Assembly: GCA_002633005.1 (NCBI GenBank)
Contig: NMRA01000051.1
Location: 1,039,298 to 1,103,297, forward strand
Direction of reading: 5' to 3'
Source: Phoronis australis
Lineage: Eukaryota; Animalia; Phoronida
Length of the DNA: 64,000 nucleotides
The notes under the pieces are model-generated. The model made no database searches and was not told where the DNA came from. It worked only from the letters and a program-made list of their open reading frames with translations. Numbering within the stretch: the first letter of the stretch is position 1; the number at the start of each line of letters is the position of its first letter. A program made the translations under genes and the position numbers. Shown here piece by piece: positions 1 to 12,928 of this stretch.

Positions 1-1547
1 CCTTACACCGCTTAACACATTACACGAATGAGCACTACCAAGAAGACACTGAAAAACGAAAGACGTTTGAACTGCAAACAGATTTTTAATGAAAAATTTT
101 CGTTTCAACCCAAAAATTGCGTTGTCAGAAGCACGTCTGAATGTTAGTCAGTGGTGGCTCATTCCTTGCTAACTGTCCCATTCAAAATTATTAAGCAAGC
201 CCAGAACGGCTGCACCAAGATTTCAATCATTCGCCGGGATGCAGGTAAGTGGCAGCAAAACTTATTGTCCGGCGATAGTTGGGCATTTGCAAAGGCCAGG
301 ACGTTTTAAAATAAAAACGTTTCGTAAACACGCAAGTTGATGTCAGGCGTGCATGTTCAATGTCACAGTCGGGAGTCGAACAGCACGGCCTATTTAAACC
401 AGAGCACATGTTACGCTACAACGAAAAGTTGCAGCCTTCGGTGTATTTCCTATTTGTATTTTCATCAGAAATTTTCGTTAGGCGGAACTCGGTGATTCTT
501 TTCATAGCTAAAGCGCCAAACACAAGCTAAACGCAAGACAATCGAGTAACGGTCGTGACATCGTCAAGACAAGGTAAAAATTACAAACCCGTTATACCGA
601 TTCTCGGACTCGAGCCTTATACAGTAGTAATCATCCGTTGAACGCTTTAGTGACACGGGAGTTGCGTCGATCCCAAATTACCGTATCTAAAATTTTCCTT
701 GTCCGAAAGTCGCGGGACAAAATTCTGATGTTTATGACAATGTCCGAAATTCGAGGATCTTTGAAAAACAGTTTTTGGACCTTGTACGAATTTCGTGGAC
801 TATGAAAAACTCATTTCGTAAATATTTATTCTTGGTCGAAAATGGCGGGCCGTCCGAAAATCACGCGACTTTACCGTATGTACGAGATAGCTTGTCATCA
901 ATAAGGGGTTCCATGCCGTCTTTCTTAATCTTATTTGTTCTAACACCTGTATGATGACACATAGCAATATAGTTACATAATTTTAACAGGTCACTGCATG
1001 TCCAGCAGGCTAAAAGACTTTACGTTGCATGTTTATTTCTGATAGGAAATATTACAGAAAAAATAGTAAGTGGCACGTGTCCACCCTATGTCTGGTTTGA
1101 AGAAAGTTTATGTACACTTTATTGACAGTTTCAAATTTTTACCATGATCCTCAAAGATTTTTTCAGTTGTCTGACATTTTGTTTTTTTAAAGCGACGTCA
1201 TAGCTTGTAAGTAGTTGTGTACAGTCACCAAAGTTCAGAACCTATATTCCCTATTTCATGAAAAGTGACTTAAAACTTGAATAAGAGACTTGGTTTTATT
1301 TACATTCAACTTTTTGAAAACCAATTAAATCTTGCTTGGGCAAAAATTCAAAATGGAATTTGTAGAACAATGCATAAAACGTAATAATATGAAAGTTTTG
1401 TATGAATCTGATCGGCCATTTCCGAGATATGATAACTCCAAAGTTAGTCAAATTTGGACCATTTTCTCTGGACTTAATAACTTTCAGTCACTTCTCACAA
1501 AGCACCCCTGGCATCAAGTCCTGACTGTGTTCTCACTCAATGTGCAG

Positions 1548-3690
1548 TTATAGTCTTTCTTGTATTATTGATGCACTACAGTCTGCTGTGCTATGTTTTA
1601 CAACTGGAGCTGGCAAAACAGTTGCCTTTTTGTAACGTTTGTAAACTGTCACAACTGTAGTAATGATCGTTATGAGTAACAACAGTCCGAGTCCAATTCC
1701 CAGTCCCATGTATAGTGTGTGTTGGTCTTGACCACGTCTGCTGTTATCACCTGTGTTGGACTTAATTGTTGTCTGTGTTTTTGTCACTGATACTCGTGTA
1801 ACATTTGCTCTAAATGTCCTTGTCACCACTTTTTGTGTACCATCTATTCTTGTGGTCATCGTCATCAGTTCTTGTGTACCTTTTGTTCCTGTCGTAGGCA
1901 CCATCTGTGTAGTTATTGGTGCTAATGGTACCATGGAGCTTGATAACAGTTGTTGTACTGAGGGTGTTGATATGGAAGAAAATGACGATGTTGAAGATGG
2001 TGGCAATTTGGAGGTCCTGCTTTGTGTAAGCTGTGCTTGACCTGTCGTTGACTCTACAATTAAAAGTCACAGCGATATTGAGTCAGGAACTTATTGACAA
2101 GTCTGTACAAGATTACAATATCTGCAACATTATAGAATTTAAGTTAGCAAAGCAGAAATTTCATAGAATTTGATTGTTTACTTTAAACCAATCTGCCATT
2201 AATAAGCTCACGTGACCATACTTATATAGAGGAACACTATAGTGAAAGCAACAGTCTCAATTACATGATCAAATGTCGTATTACATGAATGTCCATGATA
2301 AAATCTCAAACATGTTGTTACACCTTTCTAATTTCATTTTTGTTTTTTTTGCAACTTTTTTTGCAAAATCACATGTCCTATTTTGATTGTCCCTCATGCA
2401 AAAATAGAACATTATTTTTAAAATAGTTCCTAAGAAGGTTTTGGAGAACAATATATTAATCATTAATAATTGAGTGTTTCATGCGGATCCTTCTGAGATA
2501 CAATGTTCGGAAGTTGACCAAAGTTGAACATTTTCTCTACGGCCCTGCATAACCTTAAAAGTTCTTCCAATTCTTTGGTGACACTTTCTCACTTTAGTTA
2601 CAAAATAATGCCTTGAGAAAATAAAAATTGAAAAGATACCACTGACAAAGTTTTCATCTTTGTGTACTCACATAGTGTCTTGATGCAAATACTTACTTGA
2701 AACACGAACCTTGATCCTTCTGTCTGTGCCACCGAGGCCTCCTGCTTTAGCTTCACAGCGGTAAGTTCCTGCGTCCACCTCTTGAATATTCATCAGTTGG
2801 AGTTCTGCTCTATTTACTCGTATTGATGCATCAGGGTTGGGCAAAAATTGTCTGTTTGTTATAAGATTCGGATATGTCCAAGTTGTGATTGGCGTAGGAT
2901 CGCCTGTCGCTTCACATACCAAAGTTATGTTGGCACCTTCATTGACTGTTATTGTCCTGCTAGGAAACGGTTTTATGGCTGGTGCAGTGCAGTTGAAATC
3001 TGCATCATTAGAAGACTCTGTTTTTGGTGTGTGACATGTAAATGGCAATGCTTGTTCAGTCAGCCATTTTATCAGACAGTTACAGTGCCATGGGTTGCCA
3101 TCAATGTCCAATGTAACATTCTGCAGCACTGTTTGTAGCCCCCTATCCGTTAGTGATTGAATGGAGTTCTTGCTTATTGTCAGGTTGGTTAAACTAATTA
3201 ATCCTCCGAAAGTTCCCGAGGACACCATCTTCAGGGCATTTCCGCTGAGATCCAGCCATCGAAGTCTTGTCATTTCTGAAAATGTTCCATCGGCAACTTT
3301 TGTGATATGGCTGTTGATGATTCTAAGCCGTTTAACCATCTTCATGTTGGAGAAGTCGGACCTATTCAGCGTTTTCTGATTTAGGAGTACAATTGCCACT
3401 TCGGTGATGTTTTCTGTTTGAAAAGTTGATATGTCATTCATGGTGTTCATCATACACGCTATGGTGCTGTTGGCACAGCTGCACTGTGTGGGGCACGTCT
3501 CTACCATCTCACAGTTCTGGAGTGCCACGACTATGCAGACCATCGTTTGGGTCCATAGGTTTGTTACAAACATCCCCCTTGTATTAAGTGCCATAATGAG
3601 TATCTGTCTCATCAGCCACTGGGTTTGTGTCCAGTAAGCCAACACCAACTTGACATTTATGGACCAGTGGATAAGCTGTCCTCTCTTCAT
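1548..3690 (-). CDS. LRR-Ig single-pass membrane receptor, paralog A (2 coding exons: 3690-2697, 2053-1548)
   Basis: Exon 1: hydrophobic leader, LRRNT CPTQCSC..C, LRRs (LRWLDLSGNAL, LTNLTISKNSI), LRRCT NPWHCNC, I-set Ig (LVCEATGDPTPITTW...DAGTYRCEA); donor A|GTAAGT after 2697. Exon 2: acceptor TTGTAG, phase 1 matches; Ser/Thr stalk, TM GLGIGLGLLLLITIITTVVTV, short tail. The true start Met may be a downstream ATG. Confidence 0.88.
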
Positions 3691-6600
3691 TTAGTCCAGG
3701 GAATTGCTAATCTTTCCAAAATTTCAAGTCCACTTCAACTGGCTATTTAGAATTTTATCTAAACAGACAGACATAGGATGATGGGGCAGGATTTATCTGT
3801 CTCCATATCACGCTCTTGAGTTGGAACTCTGGATTTTTGGCTGTAGTTAACAGTGTTTATCTTTGTAGATGAAATTTTAGAATTGATTGAAATTGTATTG
3901 AATTGAAATATAACTCTTCAAGGCTTAAAATTGTTTGCCACGCCCCCACGTTACAATGGCAACATATTGGACATTTCACTGGCTGCACTATCTTGCCTGG
4001 TTTTTATCATGACTACCTTCACCCTAATTATTATTCATGTTTGCTATTGTCGGACACTGGCTAGGAAACCTGGGAAACTCACAAGTTAAGTGTGTTTGGG
4101 AACATAGTTTAAGACTGACAATCTATTGTGTGTCAAGTGAATGATAAGAGCGCCATTTTTAGTTGAATTATGGTCCTGGTTATTGAAAAAGCAATGATCT
4201 TAGATCAATAGTGTTATGTTGCAGTCCATGTTCTGTGTTCATGATGCAGTATGGAATTAAAATGAAATTGTACTTTATTATTGATATTTCCACAAAGTTA
4301 TGTTCGACAAACTTTTCATGGTTATCATTTGCGTGGTCTGTACCCTTGTGCTACCAACACTTGGTCAATTTTAAACATTTGCAAGAATGCAGCATATCTA
4401 AAAATTATATAAATTGTAATTTTATCAGACATTGTGTTTGTGGTAATTTGATACTATCTTTTCACATTGTTCATTTGAGTTCAGTGGTTACAGTATATTT
4501 GGGACTTATTGTTTTATCATACTGAAGAGGCTTGACTGAAATGGCTAAATCTTGTTTCAGATAAGCTAAGAGCGACACCTAACTGTTATCATTGTTCAAG
4601 GATTCTCGGTGTGCTTTCTCCAGACTACATTTTGATCCCAACAATTTCCTTGAAAAAGAAAGCAAAAGTGTGTTCATCTCTGAGTGATTTCACCTTGGTT
4701 TTTGTACCATGCTTAATGGACAATTTATAGACTAATCAGCAACTGGGGAATTGCGTAATCTCTCAAACACTTATTGGAATAGTCTTCTCTGTGAAGATTA
4801 AACTTCAGCCCTCCTAAACGTGCCTTTTTAATTCAGTGGTACTTACCTAATACCTAGTTCTACACTCCCCTTGTGAGTTTGTTTTCTCCAACAGCAAAGT
4901 GTCTGTATTTATTAATTATGGTGACGCTGTTTATTTGAGCTGCCCCTAATCGTCACACTTTCTTCCCCTAACCTTTCTCCAGAGCCCCAGTTGTCACTCT
5001 AGCCATTGGTTGCCGTAATTTTTATCCACCAGTCAACACAACTTTCAAGGGCTCTCTGTGTCTACGAGGCGGGGCTTCAACTATCTTGTCCAACACCCTT
5101 AAAGCTGTAGCTTACTTAACTTAACACTGCCAGACCAGTAAGTGACAGTATTAATAAAAACAACAAGATTTTTTTCAACTTTAACATGTTTCGGTATCTC
5201 AAACGTCATCATCAGGACAAGCAATCTAGGCCATCTAACAGTCTTGACCCACACAGTGTACAGTAGAGCTATAAGTTAGTACACATTATAATAGCAAAAC
5301 ATCAGTGACACTGCATGAGGCTGAGAAGCGTTATATCATCATATTCTGTATGAATGGGTGCACTTGTATACACCCACAAATTATGGGCATAAAATTATGT
5401 TGCCATCATCTCCGTCTGTCCATTTCCATGTGTCCACGGCCGTATCTCCTTTTAAGCAGTTAAAACTTGCTGGACATGCATGAAATCTGGTAGATGTGCA
5501 CAAAGTTGAAATTTGTGGATGACGTCTTTCAGACGCGATTACTGTTGTGTCACCTATTGGCATTTTAAAATTCTACATTTGCCTCTATATCTGACTAATT
5601 TACTCGCTGTATCTTTATGAAATTTACTTTGAAATGTGTGTTTCTATCAAGGAGACAACTTCACCCATAAATTCTTGGAGTGTAAAAGTCAAGAAATTTC
5701 AGCCTTTTGTGTTGGTACACAACACTGTGGTTTAGCTGGTCAAAGCTTGCAGTCACACAAAGGAATCAACAGGTGAAAGTTGAAACTAATTTCTCTGAAA
5801 GTCAACTGTTTTTCTCCATTCGAAGTTTTTTGGTGAAATTATTTCATACAATACACATATGCTTCATGGCATTTGTTGCAAGTGGTTTGCAAATAGTATT
5901 TTTAAATANATTGCTAGATTATGTGAGCATATCAGATGAAAGCAGACAATATGGGAGCTGGACTATGAAAATATTGGTTTGCCACTGTCAAACTGATAAC
6001 ACCTGCACTGCTGTGTCTCCACTGGCCCATCAGTCAACGAAAATACTCATTCCACTGCGCTGGTGCATAACGGACTACTGCTGCATCACCTAGTGTTTAT
6101 TTTAGTAATTTGGTGTCCTTTTTCGGTATCCATGCTTTTATCTGCCAAACAATTTGAAGGATCGTCAGTAACATGAGATATGTTTCTATATTTTGAGGAG
6201 AGCATGGCTAATATTAATTTCCGGTCGAATCCAACTGCTGTTATGCCTGCCCCTAGTGTCGGTTTTATTTTTTTACTCCTGTCTCAAGATAGTCATGAGA
6301 TTTGACAGATATGTTCCTAGTGAACAGATCATGGCTGGCGTTGATTTGCGCACAAATCTGTCTACTGCAACGCCACCTAGTGGTAGTTTTTTGCCCCATA
6401 ATATCTACAGCACGGCTCACATTGGACTTTCAGTCAGATCTAAATAATGCTGTCTCCTCTTGTGACAATTTTGCCATTGCTTCTGCCTCAGTGTCTAACT
6501 AAAGTTACTTGGAGGATTTCTTCATGAAAATTTAACACAGATTTGTTTCTTTAAATAAGACAGAACCTGGTACTCATTTTCTCAAGGTTACGACTCGTTC

Positions 6601-7946
6601 TGCTCCCACTAGTGACAATTTCAGTGTTTTGGTGTACGTATCTGACTGCCAATTGGTGTGAAGAATTGTTTGTCAGTGGCTGATTTTGTAATATACATTG
6701 GTATTTATTCAAGCGTGGTAAAAGAAGTAGGTAACAGGAGGAATGCCATTTTGAACAGTGGGCCATTTGCACATGGGGTCATGTTTGTTCACTTCATTTC
6801 AGAGGATCATAGTGTGACTAATCTGATTGTGTCATCTGGACACAGATTACATGTCTGTTGTCATAGGTTGAGTGTTTGGCTGATTTATAAAACGTGATAA
6901 AGAATTTAAATATGACAAAGTGCAACATCAATAGCATGCTCTGAATATGTAGTTTGAATTAAAAGACATGCTTTTTTATTGCATTTGATTGCCTGTTTGA
7001 ATGCTACATTAATTATACATAGTTGTGATCTTTTCGATTGTTTGCATCTAAACCATAGTCCCTAATACTTTGTCTGTGCGTGCGTGTGTGTGTTCTGTCG
7101 AGAGTCTTGATATGTAGAACTACGAGGACAAAGCACATTTCATGCAGATTCCATATCAAATGCATGTTTGATACGTCGGAACATATTGAAGTTCCTTCAT
7201 GTTCTGAACAGTTCATAAAGTTCACATCAGTCTAGTAACGCATGTAGGATCAGTTAATTTATCGGTGGTGGCTGGTATTAAAATGTGCTTTATCACAAAC
7301 GTGTTTTATGCTAATCTATGTAACTATGCAACAAAAATTTTGGTGGTTTACGTTTCCTGATTTCTTTGTCCACTTGTCAAACAAGCAGTTACAGTACTTC
7401 TCCACTTATTTAGAACATTCATCTTGTTTTGCACCCCCAAATTTATTTGTTTGCACAAGGCTACTTGGTGGGAAATTCTTGCCTCTGTGACCTAATTTAC
7501 ACACAGTGATGTTTGAAATTCGAAAAGTATCAATGTAAAGCCCTGTCAGTATTTCTATGTAGTAATACACACCTGTGTGTTATTAAAGTCTGAACATTGT
7601 ATATTCACCACTTAATTCATTCATTCATTTTAATGTAGGATTTGTCATAATTGTAATAATGAGGTGAAAGGGGTGACCAGTGGATGAGCCTGGTGTCACT
7701 AAGAATTCACCAATGATGTGGTATAATACTTTTTTATTGGATAAAGTCATTGAATTACTGTTAATTGGATTACATTGGCAACCCATAAGCTGCATTTTTT
7801 TTATTTCACTCACTAGCAGGTGGCTATGCTTGGTTACTAAGATAACCCATACCAAGTCTGTAGTATTCAGTTTATTTGTCACGCCGACACGAAAAGAAAT
7901 TTAATTTATTTTGTACAAAATATGTAGAGAATTAACGTTCTTAGCA

Positions 7947-10277
7947 TTAGTTTGAAACGCTTTTCTCTACTGCTGAAATACTATTTTGTGGCTTCCGCTG
8001 TGTTCGGATCAACGTAACAATTATTACTGTTATCACAAACAGCCCAAATGTACCCAGTCCAATCGCCAGTCCAATCTTTATTTTTTTGGACTTGTTTTTT
8101 GCTCCATTGCTTTGGACAGTAGTTACCAATGTTAAATTATCCGTTTGTAATCTTCCATCAGTGATGTCGGTTGAAAAAGTTGGCTGCGTAGCGCTTTCTT
8201 TTAGGAGATTTTCCATGGTGATTTTGTCAGTAAATGTGTCCTTTGCAGTGATAGTAGGTTGTATCGATGCTGCTCGTGTAGTAATCTGTTGATTTTGGTT
8301 GTCAATGGTAGATAAACTGAATTCAGTGTTCGGTTTTCGGTATGTTGTATTAGATGGTCGTAAAACTGTCGTTGGCTGTTGGAATGTAGTGGTTGGTGGT
8401 GGTTTGCTGTCATTGGCTGGTGACGCCATCTCTGGTATACCGGTGGTAACATATTTCATTGTCACGTCCTTGGTATCACTCACTGTTGTCTTAGTGTTGC
8501 CAGTGGCTCTGTTATCAAGTGTTATGCCAGATGATGACTGTGTCCGGCTTCTTGTTGACTGGTGGTAGTTGATGGTTATTGGAGGAAGACTGTTCCTGTC
8601 TGTCGCAGTGGGTGCCATTGATGTAGGACTGGTTGGTTGGTAAGTGGTTGTTCTTTCTTGTTGGTGTGTATTCGTGGACAATTCTGTCTTTGTCTCTGCT
8701 GTTGATTGCTGTTGGTTTGTGATAGTGGAAAAGGCTGTTTGAGTTGCTCTTTCATCTGTAAAACAACAGTCGTAGTCATGGTTACTGAAGCTCACTGATA
8801 TGGCATGCTGCTCTACGTTTGGTGCAACCTTGCATTTCCTTAAACCAGCATCACTGAATTGCCAGTAGTTACTGCAACAGGCACTGTCACAGCCCCTCAC
8901 TTCTAGTTTTGTTTAGGAATTAAAGAACTGAGGTGGGGGGGTCAGTGGTAACCACTGCCTCACAGTTGGGGCAACCTACGTGCAGACTAAAATCTAAATC
9001 TGTCATTGAAAATCAAGCTTTTTCATTGTTTGAACATCAAATATCGGTCAATTGCGACAGAAAAAATAGCGAAATAATACGCATTGCAACTGCTGTTCCT
9101 CTTGCTATTTATTTCTGTGCTGGGTAATTTGACTTTTGTAGCGTCTCATTTTATGTAATGGGGAATGTCGAATGTTTCAATTTGCGATCCTCCAAAATCC
9201 TGAAATACCCCGGTTCTAATTTCTGTGGTACTGGTCAGAATGAAGCACATTAGTTGCTATTTGTATTTCATTTGTCCATTTTTGGCTCTCAGTATACTTA
9301 GAATGGATACTGGACATGGGGTTACAACATGTACTAGTTAATATGTATATTTAAGTTCATGTATTAGATTAACACTAACCTGATATTATGAACACAGTCA
9401 CATTTCCCACTGCCACATCGTCAAACTCAGTCGAGGTGGCTCTGCACTGATATTGGCCTCTGTCCTGTTCTTGTGCGTTCATTATCCTCAATACTGCCTT
9501 GTTGGTTGTCACAGCAGGATCAACTGGCCTGCGGAAGGCTACTCTTGTGTTATTAGGATACACCCACTGGACACTGGGTGCTGGATCACCTGTGGCTTCG
9601 CATTCGAGAGAAATCTGGTCTCCGATGGACAAAGGTGGGTAGTTGTTGCTAAGTGCAGTGATCGTGGGTTGGACACACTTGTATTCAGCCAAATGCGAGT
9701 CGACTTTCTTTGGTGTTTCACATATGAATGTACCATTCACGTGTCTCAGCCAGTCTCCAAGTATACAGTTGCAATGCCAGGGGTTTCCATCTAGATTCAG
9801 TGTGGTATTCTCCATGGTTGACAGTAATCGTCTTGGCAACATCTGGATGGAGTTGTTCCTGAGATCCAGTGTCTGTACAGACAATTTACTAAGCGGCCAT
9901 ATTGATGACGTGGTCAGCTTGTTGTTGGCGAGGTATAAATGACGAAGACTGTCAAGTCCAAGGAACGCATTATATTCAATATTCTTTAACTTGCTGTCAG
10001 TAATATGTAGAGACATAATATTGGGTACGCTTGATCCATTTGTAGACATGAAGCCATATGCCACCAACACATCTTGCTCAGTCATTTCAATCTTGAGCTC
10101 CGTGATATTCTCTGGAATTGTAGGCACACACCGGAGGTAGTTGATGTTGCATTTTACTGTAGTCATCTCCCATTTGCAGTCTGAAGAGCATGATGGGCGT
10201 TGTATTGCCCAGCAATTAGTCAGTATCACTGAGAAAACTATGGAATAAAGGGTGCGGTGCAAAGCAGCTATACCCAT
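7947..10277 (-). CDS. LRR-Ig single-pass membrane receptor, paralog B (2 coding exons: 10277-9380, 8755-7947)
   Basis: Signal peptide MGIAALHRTLYSIVFSVILTNCWA, Cys cap, LRRs (LRHLYLANNKL, VQTLDLRNNSI), NPWHCNC, Ig (LECEATGDPAPSVQW...DRGQYQCRA); donor G|GTTAGT after 9380; acceptor TTTTACAG before 8755, phase 1; long Thr-rich stalk, TM IGLAIGLGTFGLFVITVIIVTLI, stop at 7947. Confidence 0.9.
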
Positions 10278-12063
10278 TGTTGTTTCATTCAGATTTGAGA
10301 AGAAATTACTTCAATAACAAGTGGGGTCTCTGGTGCATTGCTTCTAAAATTTTGTACTTTTCATTTGTGCTCAGTTATATTGAAAGTATTTATTTTAGCA
10401 GAACATTCTGTTATTCTGTGATGTGGTCCAATGTTGTAGATCTTTAAGTCTTTTCATTGTTTTATTTTATATCCTTTTTTCTTGCATTGTCGTGCGTGAC
10501 AAGACATTTTTGTGTTAAATTTTAGGTCATTTAATTTTGTTTCCACATCACATCCCAAGTTCCACTTGTCTTTACTCAATGCTGTGATACTGCTCTCCTA
10601 TTAAGGAGGATTGTTTCCTGCGCTACCTGTCTCCATGTACACGCTGCCATATTAGGAGGTGTGATTGTTGTGGAGAATGTCACACCTCTTATGAGCCTCC
10701 TTATTGGGGGTTACTGGTCCATTACTGGGTATTTTATACACAACTATATTCATTTCGTTGGACACTGGCCTGTTGGAAATAATTATGTAACTGTATTTTA
10801 TGCAGCGTTATCTCAAGGACACTTAATTAAAATTTGAGCTAATACTGTAGTTTTCTTAATTTCACGACTTGGAAACATAATTATTCCTTATTGTTTTACA
10901 GTTACTGTTATGCTTCACGTATTAACAGGTGATACACTCGAATGAAATGAATTTAATTAATCCGTAGTAAAGGCCATAGGCACATTGCACAAAAGAACAA
11001 CACGTTAGCTCACTACATAGGGTCCTAACAAGGTCCTCTGAAGCTAAAAGGGTGCAAAAACATATTTTCAAAGGCTTGACAAGTTATCATTTCTTTACAC
11101 CAGTTTAATTAATTTAGATATGGAAAGGTTGTTATACTAATATATGTCAGTATCTTTTTCTCCAAGTTCATTGTATACGATATAATTAAGAAGAAAATAC
11201 TCCTCATTAATATTTGGGCACTCTGTCTGCCAGTCAATATTGTAGTGTCGGACAAGGAGTCCCTACGTTAAGTATACAGTTTGTGACTTGAACAGCAAGA
11301 GTGTGCCATGGACATAATCTGTGCCCAGGATATGTTTAGAATGAATTTGTTTTACAAGTTTTATTCTGTCTTTATCGGATATGTTCACGCCATGTTGGCT
11401 TTGAATCAGTTGAATCATTTCCATGGATCTTCTCTATCTACTTTATCTTCGTATAATGTTTAGTACTAATTAATTAAACAACAGTAGTATCTCAATGGCG
11501 CGTGATATTTTTGAAGAGCACACTCTAAAACATTGATAAGGTGTCACACTATCGTCCAAAAATTTGAACTATGTAGCTGTCGTTTTGCAGGAAATTAGTC
11601 AGTGTGTTTGGACTGGCCATTATTTTGTGAACTTATCAGTGCATCACTAAAAGACATAACTGTTGTCCCGTTTTGTTTTCATTAAAAATTAATGTTCTAA
11701 GACCATTATCTCTGGATATTGAGCAAGAGGGATTAAAAATTCATTTTGCGTTGGAATTGGCTTTGGTGAGTTAATTGCCAATTTTACTACTCTGACTTTG
11801 TAAACACACTGTGATCGTTTGAGGATTGCTCAACATTTATTAACATATTTATCCCCGTGCGCGATGATGGTCAAGTCAAATATTTGTCATTTCAAAATTA
11901 TCAGTCTGATGTTTATTGACCGTTTAAGAACTGTTAATGTGTTTGAGGTTTGAATAACAAGGCAAGTGATATTGTACAAATCTAGCTGCTTATCAACCTT
12001 TGTAAATATAATGTATTTGTAAAATTAATACAATGTATTTTTCATGAAAGCTTGTTGAACACT

Positions 12064-12656
12064 TAGTCACTTTCCCATTAGACATGAAACTTTGCTTTTA
12101 CCGAAGTTTCGGTACCTGGGAAAGGTTAACTCCGGTTACAGTTAATCTGCAACCGAAACTTTACTTAAAATAGTAGGGTTTAAAAGCAAAGCTTCGGTAG
12201 GTACCGAAACTTCAGTTTAGTGTAACAGTTAAAGCCAAGCTTCAATACATACCAAAACTTCAGTGTAGTGGGAACAGTCATTAAGTCAAGTTTCATCGAA
12301 GTTGTGGTAGAGGTCGTAGCAATGATATATCATCACACCGAGACGCTCCGAGCAAAATGTGTATTTCACTTTTGTACCATAGCCGACATGCTCACAATAG
12401 ACGGACATAAATAAAAGAAATCATATCTGGTGAAGAATGACACTGATCATTTTCATAAACACTCTGCTCGTAAATGGCAGGAAAACAATTTTCAGTTAGC
12501 CTGGAACCCACTACTCTATATTTGTTTGAAAGTACGAATGAACTGTGTCGTATGGTGTCATAGCGATAAATTCAATATCACTGTCTAGTCGGAAAGGTAA
12601 GCAAAGTTTTAGCGAAGCTTTGGTAAACCAAAGTTCACCTAATGGGAAAATGACCT
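12064..12656. mobile_element. MITE-like non-autonomous DNA transposon (PIF/Harbinger-like)
   Basis: Terminal inverted repeats GTCACTTTCCCATTAG ... CTAATGGGAAAATGAC, flanked by TTA/TAA; internal AAAGTTTCGG/CCGAAACTT-like subrepeats. Confidence 0.55.
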
Positions 12657-12785
12657 AAGTTAACTATCTTTAATTGATTTTGTATGGCCAACCTAATAAA
12701 GGTTGATTTGATGTGATTTGATTAAACGAATTATGAGGTCAAGTTCCCAGAAATTTTTTACATTGCTCTTGCTATGCATTTTTTA

Positions 12786-12803
12786 TCCTTAACGTCTATT
12801 CAC
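12786..12803 (+). promoter_or_regulatory. U12-type branch site TCCTTAAC plus AC 3' splice site
   Basis: TCCTTAAC at 12786-12793 and AC at 12802-12803; no AG between 12751 and 12811; in-frame TAA at 12790-12792; PLC homology ([11 protein letters not shown]) starts at 12805. Confidence 0.75.
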
Positions 12804-12928
12804 TCATACTGAGAAGCAGCTAATGCGTGCCTACCCCGCTGGTATTCGGATGGACTCTTCAAACTTCAACCCAGTGGTGTTCTGGTCGTTCGGAATACAA
12901 ATGGTTGCGCTCAATTACCAGACTGAAG
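12804..12928 (+). CDS. PLCE1: PLC-epsilon exon (Y domain)
   Basis: [41 protein letters not shown]; donor G|GTGGGT. The start depends on the AC acceptor call. Confidence 0.85.

Noticed and set aside
190-250. CAG|GTAAGT donor near the window start as a possible PLC exon
   Set aside because: The translations do not resemble the expected PLC segment, and the context is CpG-rich and repeat-like.
8756-8900. Cys-rich N-terminus of ORF 7947-8900
   Set aside because: It lies upstream of the phase-compatible acceptor at 8755, so it is intronic read-through.
1753-9942. Many + strand ORFs overlapping the LRR-Ig genes (similar ones lie antisense to the AKR and LINE)
   Set aside because: Antisense shadows of real coding sequence with no independent motifs.
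10469-10477. ATATCCTTT, a perfect U12 donor motif
   Set aside because: The upstream sequence is T-rich and non-coding, with no PLC Y-box peptide; probably a chance match.
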